A DNA stretch of 64,000 bases from an uncultured virus (IMG/VR IMGVR_UViG_3300044844_000310) (taxonomy: Duplodnaviria; Heunggongvirae; Uroviricota; Caudoviricetes), in the IMG/VR virus record IMGVR_UViG_3300044844_000310; one strand, 5' to 3'. The stretch's first letter is position 1, and the number at the start of each line of letters is the position of its first letter. This document shows, one piece after another, positions 47,484 to 56,203 of the stretch. The notes beneath the pieces are model-generated. The model searched no databases. It was given only the letters and a program-made list of their open reading frames with translations, and was not told where the DNA came from. A program made the translations under genes and the position numbers.

Positions 47484-47563
47484 ATCAATCTCCTAGCAAC
47501 CTGCGAGGTAAGCCCACGCAACAAACATAAGGACAAGCATAGCCACCCATTCCGGCTCACTCA

Positions 47564-47827
47564 TTAGGCAATCCTCCAGACGCCTACATCACCGTGGTTG
47601 ATCTCACGAACTACGAACTTCTTGCTCTTAGCTGACGCATCCTTACTTCTTCTATACGCATGTACAGCAGCTCTGATGGAGCCGATCCCCTTGGGCGGAA
47701 GCTCCTCAACAGGAACGATGAAGCACTCTCCAACGTGCAGTTCAACTATGGGGTACTTACGCATACGATCAGCTCGTGTGCTAGCGGGAACAGGGATATC
47801 GGTATAGATTTTGATAGTCATATTCAT
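47564..47827 (-). CDS. putative DNA-binding protein
   Basis: IPVP...KYP...VGECF...KF-x-x-R...VWRI. Confidence 0.6.
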   Translation of the reverse strand: MNMTIKIYTDIPVPASTRADRMRKYPIVELHVGECFIVPVEELPPKGIGSIRAAVHAYRRSKDASAKSKKFVVREINHGDVGVWRIA

Positions 47828-47841
47828 CTCCTAATAAAAAC

Positions 47842-48165
47842 TTAACAGTTGCTTAAGCAGGGGGGATTCGAACAGCACATGCTGTTGTCCCCTCGGTAGG
47901 GCTCGGGTGCATCGTAGATCGGTAGGACAGGAGGCAGTCGGTCTTCTCCCTGCATATCAATCACGGTGACCCCTCTCGGGCTGATAATGCTATAGCCAGT
48001 AGCATTACGTTCAATGACGGTAGTTCCGCCACCATTCAGGTTAGTGATCGTGTAGCCATTGCTCGTCGGCTCGACGTTGGTCATTCCATACGGACCCCAG
48101 ACAATCGTTGAATAGCAAGGCAACGTGACCACCAGAAAATACAAAGACCAGAGTATTCGCTTCAT
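47842..48165 (-). CDS. putative exported protein
   Basis: Signal-peptide-like N-terminus; GY-x-I repeats. Confidence 0.5.
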   Translation of the reverse strand: MKRILWSLYFLVVTLPCYSTIVWGPYGMTNVEPTSNGYTITNLNGGGTTVIERNATGYSIISPRGVTVIDMQGEDRLPPVLPIYDAPEPYRGDNSMCCSNPPCLSNC

Positions 48166-48362
48166 GTCAGTTCAATCCTCATCGTGCATCTATCGGTTTC
48201 TCGATCAATCAAAGTTGCTGTGTAGCTCCCTCGATAGGGCTCAGTGACTTCCTTGTCTTTCTCTATTTGCTTATACCGGGCACAGTGTTCTCGTCCTGTG
48301 CATCCCTCACCTTGGCATCTTGTGTAATCGAAAGGCAGAAAAGCAAATGAGTGCGATCCCAT
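48162..48362 (-). CDS. Cys-rich hypothetical protein
   Basis: D-x-TRC-x-G-x-x-C...C-x-RY. Confidence 0.55.
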   Translation of the reverse strand: MGSHSFAFLPFDYTRCQGEGCTGREHCARYKQIEKDKEVTEPYRGSYTATLIDRETDRCTMRIELT

Positions 48363-48547
48363 CAGAACTCTCCGTATTCATCTTCCCCATACGTCCGACT
48401 CTCCCTGACAACCTCATCCTTGTCATTCACTAGGAGCACTCGGTTCGCAATCGGGCAAACATAAAAGTGGAGATCCCTGTATCGGTCAATGCGGTGCTCC
48501 TCTCCACACTTTTTGCACAATGCTGTCTCTTCAGTTATTTCGCTCAA
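48362..48547 (-). CDS. hypothetical protein
   Basis: CKKCG; packed ORF. Confidence 0.5.
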   Translation of the reverse strand: MSEITEETALCKKCGEEHRIDRYRDLHFYVCPIANRVLLVNDKDEVVRESRTYGEDEYGEF

Positions 48548-48792
48548 TGGAGTACTCCTGATTGGTTAATAGGTTTATTCACTTCATACATTTGCCTAAG
48601 CCAATGTAGATACATTAGGAACTCCCTGTCCGTGCTCTTCGCCCCACTGTCGGGGAGAATGTCATCCGTAAAGACATCAACGAGGAACTGCCCAACCATA
48701 GTCAACACCTCGTCTGCAGGTATACCAATGAACAGCTCATTCAGTGCGTCATACATCTGTTGATCCTCTGTGCTCGACTCTTCTTCGGTCAT
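48544..48792 (-). CDS. hypothetical protein
   Basis: Packed ORF. Confidence 0.5.
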   Translation of the reverse strand: MTEEESSTEDQQMYDALNELFIGIPADEVLTMVGQFLVDVFTDDILPDSGAKSTDREFLMYLHWLRQMYEVNKPINQSGVLH

Positions 48793-49142
48793 AGCAATCC
48801 TCGTCTGTCTAGGTAGAACACACTGCTGTTGTAACGGTAGCCCACGTTCTTAACCTCTTCCCCTGACTCAACTAGAAGTAGCAGGGATACGCTCTCCTCC
48901 ATCCATAGAGGCAGTTTGCGTACAAAGTTCGTAGTCGCATCGCACATATCGTAGATTGAATACTCATTATCGAAGCGTTCAATCCGTATACGTGGCCCTA
49001 GCTCTAACTGCATGATGGCCTCCTTGGGGTACTCTTCATGTACCACCTTCTCTAAATGGTCTACACCGTATCCATTGTAGTAGCACACCTCATGGAGCAT
49101 GTGATACGGATACGCCCACTTAGATCTTTTGGAAGCCTTCAC
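48789..49142 (-). CDS. hypothetical protein
   Basis: LP-x-W...L...V-x-x-VGYR. Confidence 0.55.
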   Translation of the reverse strand: MKASKRSKWAYPYHMLHEVCYYNGYGVDHLEKVVHEEYPKEAIMQLELGPRIRIERFDNEYSIYDMCDATTNFVRKLPLWMEESVSLLLLVESGEEVKNVGYRYNSSVFYLDRRGLL

Positions 49143-50314
49143 GCATCAATCTCAAGGTAAACAGACGAACCTACCGGAGCCGTGATATCTCGCTCAGTAA
49201 TGGCCCACAACGTCGGAACAGAAAGCGACGATGGCCACGGTGTGTATCCATCCGTAAGGACAACAACAGCCTCGGGTTTGATGTTCCGTTCTTCAATGAA
49301 CGAGAAGATCTGGCGCATATCCGTACCGCCACCACCCTTGAATGAACGCTTGCACATCAAGGAGCCGAAGTTCTCTCGGTCATAAACTTGATGTTCTTGC
49401 ACTTTAGCATCCACTTCAATCAGGTGCAATGCCTCCGGCGTAACACTTTCGCAAATGCCGATGATTTCGGAGAGGAATGAAGCTAGTTGTCTATCCTGAA
49501 TAGATCCTGACGTATCTACAGCCACAAGCAGAGGCCCCATAGACTCAGAGATTGTTGACGGCATGTAAATGTCCTGCGCAAGCCAACGTCGGCTAGGTCT
49601 ACGCCATGTTGAGTCATCCTTACCCGTGCTCACTGCAGACATGAACTCACGCAACTGCTCACGCCAGTCCACCTTGGGCTTCATCAAATCATCGAATGAG
49701 CGATGCTGATCACCTGCCATCTTCCCTGCAAGAAGCGCACCCTGTCGTACAGCTTGCTCGATCTCCTTACTCAGAACCTCCTGCTCTTCAGCACTCAGAT
49801 CACTGAAGTCATGGATATCAAACCCTTCAGCGCCCTCACCGTTCTCGCCACCTTGGTCCTGACCCTTACCGCCTTCCTTGAGCTTATCGAAGACCTCTTG
49901 CGTGCTCATACCGCGAAACTTCTCATCAACAAGCGCTATCTTAGGAAGCTCGATGAAGTCGGGGTATTTTTTAGACATGTCTAAAATTTCAAGGTTGATC
50001 ACATAGTCTGCAGAGATATTGGCAAGGCGAGCGTTCTCCTTCCACAGATGTTTCCAGAGCCAGTGATGCTGATAGACCTTGTGCAGATTCTCATGCAGGA
50101 TCACAGCGTTTAGCTCCTTGTCCTCCAACCCTTCAACGAACGCCTTACCGTAGGTCACATCACGCCCATTGGTGTAAGCCGTAGGGCACTCCTCAGTCAC
50201 ATCAGTCCTACCAACCATCAGAATAGATGAGAAGGCTACCGTAGCTTTGTGCGCCATCATTCGAACATGAGCACGCTGTACGCGTTGCTCTGATGTCAGC
50301 TTGTTCATCGTCAT
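49139..50314 (-). CDS. zincin metallopeptidase + VWA domain protein (DUF2201-like)
   Basis: TAYTNG, HENLH, N-x-x-AD-x-x-IN; MIDAS DTSGS, GGGTD, LTDG. Confidence 0.85.
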   Translation of the reverse strand: MTMNKLTSEQRVQRAHVRMMAHKATVAFSSILMVGRTDVTEECPTAYTNGRDVTYGKAFVEGLEDKELNAVILHENLHKVYQHHWLWKHLWKENARLANISADYVINLEILDMSKKYPDFIELPKIALVDEKFRGMSTQEVFDKLKEGGKGQDQGGENGEGAEGFDIHDFSDLSAEEQEVLSKEIEQAVRQGALLAGKMAGDQHRSFDDLMKPKVDWREQLREFMSAVSTGKDDSTWRRPSRRWLAQDIYMPSTISESMGPLLVAVDTSGSIQDRQLASFLSEIIGICESVTPEALHLIEVDAKVQEHQVYDRENFGSLMCKRSFKGGGGTDMRQIFSFIEERNIKPEAVVVLTDGYTPWPSSLSVPTLWAITERDITAPVGSSVYLEIDA

Positions 50315-50628
50315 TCTCCTTGTATCGCTATGAATTGTTGTGGTGAGAGGAACGTATCTCCTTGTGAGGTACGCACGGATTGTTCCCAGTCTGTTATTTG
50401 CTTGGGTGTAAGCCCGGTACAGTCATACTCAGGGAAGGAAGTCACGGTCACATCAGGAGTTTTGTAGTCCATGATGTACTTGATGTTTGGTTCATCCTGC
50501 CTATACGCATCACCGATACCTATCCCATACTGAGCGAGAATCGCCTGTACCTTATGTGCTTGTTCAAGGGGCAGGACGACATTCCCACCCCAACTCAGGC
50601 TAAGCCTGCCGTAGACTTCCTTCTTCAT
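50311..50628 (-). CDS. hypothetical protein within the AAA/VWA operon
   Basis: GAGGTG RBS; coupled to the VWA gene. Confidence 0.6.
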   Translation of the reverse strand: MKKEVYGRLSLSWGGNVVLPLEQAHKVQAILAQYGIGIGDAYRQDEPNIKYIMDYKTPDVTVTSFPEYDCTGLTPKQITDWEQSVRTSQGDTFLSPQQFIAIQGE

Positions 50629-50636
50629 ACATCACC

Positions 50637-51716
50637 TCACTGGAACAAGAAGCTGTTCGACGAAGCCCATGACACGAATTCCCTATTGGTTGCCGCGAGT
50701 GCTCGCTTGTCACCCCGCATGATGGTCCGAGCAAACAGCGCTTGAGTCTCCTTGGTCATACGTCCACAGAAGAGCATCCAGTCTGCGAAGGTTTCGCGCT
50801 CGATTCTCATGCAAGCCTTGGCTACCAACATACAAGCTGCAGCAGCAGACTTGGGTACCTTCACACCTTCGGGATCTTTCAGAATCTTTTCCCATGCAGG
50901 GAGCTCCTCATCCAAACGGTGCATGGTCATGATGTCCATAGCTGCAGCCTCACCCACCGTACCGAACAGAGCATGGATACGCACATCATCTGACATGCCC
51001 TTGGTCTGATTCAGAATACAGCTCGCCTTCTCCAGAGAACGTGGAGTCACGAACGCAGTCCGAGGTGACTTGGGATGGAAGATGTAGTTGTTATTGCCCG
51101 GATCTTCGACAGACTCAAAGGACTCGAACATGTGCGGGAACTCCATCACCGTACCGACAATCACCGGATTCAATGCACGTGGGATGGCGAACTCCTCGAT
51201 CCACTCCATGTGAGTAGGTTTGCGAATCTTGACCTGCGTCAGACGATTGCGAGCATGAGGTGGAATGTTATCGCCCAGACCTTCAACCGACAGGTTGGTA
51301 GTAGCAAAGACCAGTGAGCCTTCGGGCAGTGTGTGGTTACCCAACTTGCGCTCAAGAATCAGTCGAAGGCAAGCGTTGAGCACTGCACGTGACGCCTTAC
51401 CGATCTCATCAAGCATCAACACCACAGGTTTGTTGAAGTGGAACCCGAACTCCTCATTGGGAATGAACGAAGTCACCAGAGTCCCATCCAACGAACGCAC
51501 ATTAGGTACAGTGAAGTCACCCACATCCTTGGTAGGAATGTCGAAGTAGCAGTAGTGATAGGCATCGCCCAAGTCACGTTTGAGAGTGCTGAGGATAGAG
51601 GACTTGCCAATACCCATCTCACCCGAGAACAGGAAGGTGACCGTATCACCAACAGACTTGACCAGATCAGTAGCTTCACGCAGTGAAACAGAAGCATAAG
51701 ACTTTTCAATTTTCAT
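50637..51716 (-). CDS. AAA+ ATPase (MoxR/dynein-related)
   Basis: Walker A GEMGIGKS, Walker B LMLDE, TTN, RNR, TPRS. Confidence 0.9.
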   Translation of the reverse strand: MKIEKSYASVSLREATDLVKSVGDTVTFLFSGEMGIGKSSILSTLKRDLGDAYHYCYFDIPTKDVGDFTVPNVRSLDGTLVTSFIPNEEFGFHFNKPVVLMLDEIGKASRAVLNACLRLILERKLGNHTLPEGSLVFATTNLSVEGLGDNIPPHARNRLTQVKIRKPTHMEWIEEFAIPRALNPVIVGTVMEFPHMFESFESVEDPGNNNYIFHPKSPRTAFVTPRSLEKASCILNQTKGMSDDVRIHALFGTVGEAAAMDIMTMHRLDEELPAWEKILKDPEGVKVPKSAAAACMLVAKACMRIERETFADWMLFCGRMTKETQALFARTIMRGDKRALAATNREFVSWASSNSFLFQ

Positions 51717-51731
51717 ATCATCTCTCCAGTG

Positions 51732-51750
51732 TTTTTAGACCGTCTAAAAA
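51732..51750. promoter_or_regulatory. palindromic box abutting the ATPase RBS
   Basis: TTTTTAGACCGTCTAAAAA. Confidence 0.75.
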
Positions 51751-51751
51751 A

Positions 51752-52618
51752 TCAAACAAAGTTAAACTTATCTAACAGGGCGTCTACCTCTTCCTTGGCA
51801 TAGCCACGCACTACGTCATCCTTACGCAGATCATTCACATCCAAGCCAACCAACGTCATCCGCATATCTTTCTTTAGCTGAATCAACTCAGGATCTTTTA
51901 CCAAGTTGAATCCATCCAGTGCATCGCACAGCTCAATCGCACTCTCCAGAGTGGACTCATGTACCCGCCCCTTCTTACCATCATCCTCAACACGAAGCTG
52001 ATTACTGATCTTTGTAAGCGAAGTCTTGATACGATCCCTGACCTCAGCCATAGCCTCAGTCACACGCTCCTCCTGCCTACGAGCAAACTGCTCCCTCAGA
52101 ATGTTTAACCCTTCCGTACCAATGTCCACACGGAAGTCACCCGCAGTAGGTAAAGGGTAGGTCGCATAACGCAACTCAAACTTGGCAGGGATCTCAGACG
52201 GATCTGGATAATCACTGTGCTTGAACAGCGCACCCAACGAGAACTGCGCCGACTGAATCAACAGCGAATAGGATGTTACGAAGGCATTGACGAGGCTCTT
52301 GTAGTGGTCCTCATGCTCACCCAACTCCTTCATGTACCGCTCGAAACTAATGGCAGGTAGAAGGCGAGTGCCACTGTCGCTCCAAGGGAGCGTTCTTGAG
52401 GCATGCCACGCTCTAATGATCGAACCATACTTGTTGATGTTGATCAGCTCTTGAGATCCTGCCAACAAGTTTTTCTGGTAAACCCCGGCGTTTGCCGTTG
52501 TCGCACCTTTGTTCTGACCTACCTCATCGGACACTTCCCTGTCCTGCTTCTTGCCTGTCCATCCTCTGATGCTCAGGTCAACCAACATCGCGCTCGAAGC
52601 AATCGTTACATCGTTCAT
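51752..52618 (-). CDS. DUF3150-like protein
   Basis: SSAMLV-x-LSI-x-x-W-x-G-x-K-x-D, TLPWSD-x-G-x-RLLP, DYP, GDFR; start MNDV after GGAG. Confidence 0.7.
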   Translation of the reverse strand: MNDVTIASSAMLVDLSIRGWTGKKQDREVSDEVGQNKGATTANAGVYQKNLLAGSQELININKYGSIIRAWHASRTLPWSDSGTRLLPAISFERYMKELGEHEDHYKSLVNAFVTSYSLLIQSAQFSLGALFKHSDYPDPSEIPAKFELRYATYPLPTAGDFRVDIGTEGLNILREQFARRQEERVTEAMAEVRDRIKTSLTKISNQLRVEDDGKKGRVHESTLESAIELCDALDGFNLVKDPELIQLKKDMRMTLVGLDVNDLRKDDVVRGYAKEEVDALLDKFNFV

Positions 52619-52631
52619 ATCAACTCCCGGT

Positions 52632-52650
52632 TTTTTGGACCGTCTAAAAA
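52632..52650. promoter_or_regulatory. palindromic box (1 mismatch) abutting the RBS
   Basis: TTTTTGGACCGTCTAAAAA. Confidence 0.7.
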
Positions 52651-52703
52651 ATTCCCTCCGGTAAGGCCGGAGTACCTGTGGTTGATCTCTCAACTTAAAT
52701 ACT

Positions 52704-52732
52704 ATTCTACACTAACTTATATCTAATGTCAA
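52704..52732 (-). promoter_or_regulatory. sigma70-like promoter
   Basis: TTGACA-N17-TAGAAT. Confidence 0.75.
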
Positions 52733-53026
52733 GTTCGCCATAGTAACCAATGTATCCACCTCTATACCCATACGACATGCTGATTCAGGATCAACTGTCG
52801 TCCTACCTACTGCATCCCATCCACTAACAAATGAGTAGTGTTTATCCTCAACCACCCGCCCGCGTTTGTCTTTATCATTCTTGTACTCTACCCATGACAA
52901 GCGCTGTAGAACTGCAATGATTTCCTTACCCGTCGTGCGGTGTACTAACGTAATGCGTATCGTAGGAGTCGTGATGGCTCCTGTCTTATCTTTCTTATCA
53001 AACGCTGTTACTTCCCACTCGTTCAT
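52712..53026 (-). CDS. hypothetical protein
   Basis: W-E-[VI] start and GI-x...L-x-x-MAN end shared with 53023. Confidence 0.55.
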   Translation of the reverse strand: MNEWEVTAFDKKDKTGAITTPTIRITLVHRTTGKEIIAVLQRLSWVEYKNDKDKRGRVVEDKHYSFVSGWDAVGRTTVDPESACRMGIEVDTLVTMANLTLDIS

Positions 53027-53280
53027 GACTCTTCTCGCATCATGTTAGCCATTGCACGGAGTGCTGATAGGTCTATTCCTGCTCTTTCTAAGAAGTCTGG
53101 AGTCGCTGTGATTGTTTTTCCTTCTTCTCCGGGCTTTGATATGCCCCCGACCTCACCCATCTCGGGGTTCCTTACGTTTTTACAGAATAGGGCCTTTGCT
53201 TTACCGTCGTTGGCTATCAACTCAAAGTCTACCCATCCGAACTTATCTGTATCTACACTAACAATCTCCCACTTGTCCAT
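53023..53280 (-). CDS. hypothetical protein
   Basis: GGAGG RBS. Confidence 0.55.
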   Translation of the reverse strand: MDKWEIVSVDTDKFGWVDFELIANDGKAKALFCKNVRNPEMGEVGGISKPGEEGKTITATPDFLERAGIDLSALRAMANMMREES

Positions 53281-53434
53281 ACATCCTCCGAAATTAGGAC
53301 GGTTTCACCTGCAACCGAAAAGGGTCAGCCCCGAACTGGAGAGAATGCTACGGAGCACCGCATAGGTTCTGACTGACTGACATGGATGTTTCGTACCATC
53401 GGGCTCTCATGCCTTACCCTTTTAATTTATCTAC

Positions 53435-53887
53435 TCACCACCAGTGTGGTTCATGACTGCGCTCCCATGATGCAAAGGGTTTGCTGTGATAGTAGGCACG
53501 GTAGGATTCTACCGCGTCATTGGTTTTGTACTCGTCAGGCATAGCCAACGCGAACGGCGTCAGGCCCACAGAAGGAGTAGAAGCTAGTTCTTCTGAAGAA
53601 ATTAGACCGTCTAAAATTTGTAGGCACTTGTGATCACGTGTGTGACCCCACCGCTGTTGCCACTCGGCATGAAGAGCATAGGCTAACTTGAATAGCCACA
53701 ATGCGTTGTCGCGTGAACGCCCTGCCCATAGGGTACAGGGATGGTTGGCATGAGTGGGACGGTACGGACCACTGAGCACGGTCGAGAGCATCTGAGTGCT
53801 CTCTAAAATCATTTTGTTCACATGCTTATCGCAATGATAAAACGCAGACACGGCAGGGTCATAGTCCAAGACAAAGATGTTCATCAC
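53435..53887 (-). CDS. pyrimidine-dimer DNA glycosylase / endonuclease V-like protein
   Basis: MNIFVLD, CDKHV-x-KMILE-x-x-QMLST, H-x-NHPC-x-x-W, AMPDEYK, V-x-x-YR-x-YY. Confidence 0.8.
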   Translation of the reverse strand: MMNIFVLDYDPAVSAFYHCDKHVNKMILESTQMLSTVLSGPYRPTHANHPCTLWAGRSRDNALWLFKLAYALHAEWQQRWGHTRDHKCLQILDGLISSEELASTPSVGLTPFALAMPDEYKTNDAVESYRAYYHSKPFASWERSHEPHWW

Positions 53888-54151
53888 TCACTCCATAGGT
53901 TTCATCAATAGCAAGACGGGCTCGACCTCCTCGCACCTTCTCTGCACCCACACAGGGAACTCATTCCAGTCAACCTCCTGCCAGTCATGCCGATCTTTAT
54001 CGTATGGATACTCCTTGCTTATACCTAATGTGTAGCATTCTTTCATGCCTCCATGAGTCAGCCCGTATGCGTACGCTTCGCGCTCAGTTACCAGATCGAC
54101 AAAAGGATGGCGATTGTTAATGACTTGATAGTGCTCTTCCCACTTAGGCAT
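53888..54151 (-). CDS. hypothetical early protein
   Basis: GGAGGTG RBS. Confidence 0.55.
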   Translation of the reverse strand: MPKWEEHYQVINNRHPFVDLVTEREAYAYGLTHGGMKECYTLGISKEYPYDKDRHDWQEVDWNEFPVWVQRRCEEVEPVLLLMKPME

Positions 54152-54152
54152 C

Positions 54153-54512
54153 TCACACCTCCCATGTAACTTTTACTACTTTAGATTTCTCCGAGTCATA
54201 ACTTGCCCACCCTTCCGCATCGTACTGATACTCAAAGAGCCTAGACCTAGACTCATCCGGGTACACCACCATCCATGCGTGCTTCTTCACCGGGAAATTA
54301 GCTAGACCAACATCAGGAACAGTACCGGAGCGGAGCCGATACAAAAGCCTCGCCCTCTTCTCATGGTGCAACCAATGCACGAACCGCTCAAGCTCGGCGC
54401 GCGCCTCCTCACGCTCGGAGTACTCCTCAGAATCATGGTGCCTGTCCTCATCCACAGTGTGGTCAAGGGTCAGCAGGTAATCCTCCATCATTTCATCCAG
54501 ATCGCTATACAT
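54153..54512 (-). CDS. hypothetical early protein
   Basis: GGAGGTG RBS; flanked by 14-bp repeats. Confidence 0.55.
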   Translation of the reverse strand: MYSDLDEMMEDYLLTLDHTVDEDRHHDSEEYSEREEARAELERFVHWLHHEKRARLLYRLRSGTVPDVGLANFPVKKHAWMVVYPDESRSRLFEYQYDAEGWASYDSEKSKVVKVTWEV

Positions 54513-54513
54513 C

Positions 54514-54738
54514 TCACACCTCCACTTCAGTTATCTCTGTCACCGTCGCACCATACAGCCTACCCCACCGAGCTGCGTGCACTTGAGCATCCTCGATGTA
54601 CTTGAACCGTATGTCCTCCATCCAGACATTCTGATCGTCGAGCCACACTGACACGAGGAACCGTATCTTGCTGTTGTAGCTGATTGGTGAACGTCTTGCG
54701 CGCTTGTACTCACGCTTGGCATCGCGTTCCATTTTCAT
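54514..54738 (-). CDS. hypothetical early protein
   Basis: Packed ORF. Confidence 0.5.
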   Translation of the reverse strand: MKMERDAKREYKRARRSPISYNSKIRFLVSVWLDDQNVWMEDIRFKYIEDAQVHAARWGRLYGATVTEITEVEV

Positions 54739-55418
54739 TGTTCATTCTCCTCACGTTTTACTGCATCAATAAAATAGAGCACAACGCTCTCATACACAGA
54801 CCTGCGCTCAACCTCGTCCCATCCCATGTACTTGCTGTGCGCCTTGCGATAACCCACACCTTCGACGTACCCATCCACATCCATGATCTTGAGCAGGGTC
54901 AATGCTTCCCTGTGCTTTTTTGTAAGCCTATCCACGTAGCGCTTCTGCACATTCGCTTGACGAGATAGAACCGTGTCGAAGAACTTGTTCTCATAGCTTG
55001 GGGGTGTGTTCCATCCGAACTCCAGCTTCTTCACTATCTGCACATACTCTTGGGGCCTATCGTCTGAGCGTGTGAGGGCAGGAGCGAATTCAAACTGAAT
55101 GACATACAGATCCTCCTTGGTTCTATAGTGCTTGGTCTTGTACCCCACGCCGGGAATCAGTGTGTCGTATGGAGCAGTGTGCAGTTGCACCAGCTTTTCC
55201 TTGTTTCCATTGCGCAGGTACTTGATCGCCCGCTCCTGACTGGGTTTGCAGAAGCTCGCATAGAATGCACTCTCATCGCCTTCGCGTTTGTATTCACGCT
55301 GCTCCATCCACTGTTTATATTGCGCTTCAAGGTTGCTGTACTTCACCGCAATGCGTGCCGTCGCAGGTAGGTCGTAGATGTTTTTCCACTGTGCCTCCCA
55401 CCATTGTTTGTTACTCAT
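54735..55418 (-). CDS. hypothetical early protein
   Basis: Start MSNKQ after GGAG; L-x-I...V-x-GVGYR tail like 48789. Confidence 0.6.
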   Translation of the reverse strand: MSNKQWWEAQWKNIYDLPATARIAVKYSNLEAQYKQWMEQREYKREGDESAFYASFCKPSQERAIKYLRNGNKEKLVQLHTAPYDTLIPGVGYKTKHYRTKEDLYVIQFEFAPALTRSDDRPQEYVQIVKKLEFGWNTPPSYENKFFDTVLSRQANVQKRYVDRLTKKHREALTLLKIMDVDGYVEGVGYRKAHSKYMGWDEVERRSVYESVVLYFIDAVKREENEQ

Positions 55419-55460
55419 CTCACTCTCCAAAAATTAGCAACTGTGGGGCTACGCCCCACG

Positions 55461-55479
55461 TTTTTAGACCGTCTAAAAA
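55461..55479. promoter_or_regulatory. palindromic box
   Basis: TTTTTAGACCGTCTAAAAA. Confidence 0.75.
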
Positions 55480-55502
55480 ACGGTGCGAACTTGTTCGCAC
55501 TA

Positions 55503-55769
55503 CTAAAAATTAACTCTCAAGCACTCATCTCTAAGGCCCCACAACTCACGCTCGCTTGTCTCCTGCGTCATGGGATATTCGTTGTCTTTACTCCACACGC
55601 TCAGATGGCGTAGCGTTGTTCTGCTGTAATGATCGGATGTCTTTAGATACCCAAGCCCCGGCACATACGCACCCACTGGAGTCGCGTAGCTGATAAAGAT
55701 CCGCGTGCCGTTCGTATACTGTTCTTCGTGGCATTGCTTGGCACCGAAGGTTTTGCGTTCGTAGTTCAT
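55503..55769 (-). CDS. conserved early phage protein
   Basis: SY-x-TPV...YS-x-TT-x-RH; GGAGG RBS. Confidence 0.65.
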   Translation of the reverse strand: MNYERKTFGAKQCHEEQYTNGTRIFISYATPVGAYVPGLGYLKTSDHYSRTTLRHLSVWSKDNEYPMTQETSERELWGLRDECLRVNF

Positions 55770-56068
55770 TGCAGTCCCTCCGGTCCAAAAAAGTTTAGTT
55801 TCTCCTCGTCGGTCATCAATTCGTAGCAGATAGCCCACAAGTCACCATCCTGATGCAACCGCCACACGTTACCGTCTTTATGGTATTCAGCCTTGTCCAG
55901 AATCGCATCCCATGCTTCCCAATAGTCATCGCCCGGACCCGTCATGCAAGCAATGAACTCCCACGAATATGGGTCTAAACCCCAATCGTCAGCATTAAAA
56001 GAGTCAACAAAGTCTCGCGGTATGTAGATGCCACGGGCATCGCTCAAAAGATGGGCTACAGCATTCAT
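55766..56068 (-). CDS. acidic early phage protein
   Basis: RGIYIP-x-x-F...YWEAW...L-x-QDGDLW; GGAG RBS. Confidence 0.65.
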   Translation of the reverse strand: MNAVAHLLSDARGIYIPRDFVDSFNADDWGLDPYSWEFIACMTGPGDDYWEAWDAILDKAEYHKDGNVWRLHQDGDLWAICYELMTDEEKLNFFGPEGLQ

Positions 56069-56079
56069 GATTCTCTCCG

Positions 56080-56098
56080 TTTTTAGACCGTCTAAAAA
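56080..56098. promoter_or_regulatory. palindromic box abutting the RBS
   Basis: TTTTTAGACCGTCTAAAAA. Confidence 0.75.
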
Positions 56099-56153
56099 AC
56101 CCTTGGTAGGGCCAAGGTGCCCTGCGGGTGGCTGACCACCCGACTTGAGATAC

Positions 56154-56182
56154 ATTCTACAGTGTTTTTACTATCCTGTCAA
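56154..56182 (-). promoter_or_regulatory. sigma70-like promoter
   Basis: TTGACA-N17-TAGAAT. Confidence 0.75.
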
Positions 56183-56203
56183 GTTTTTGACAGTAGTGGT
56201 TTT

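Noticed and set aside
51732..51750. Palindrome as a MetJ box (AGACGTCT) or Neisseria uptake sequence (GCCGTCTGAA)
   Set aside because: It has an extra central base and is not tandem like Met boxes; the uptake sequence is non-palindromic and differs at key positions
53360..53415. Hammerhead ribozyme (GAAAC...GTC on the minus strand)
   Set aside because: No CUGANGA core with a stem II
55483..55500. CGAAC-TT-GTTCG as a Gram-positive LexA box
   Set aside because: Spacer is 2 nt rather than 4, and there is only one copy
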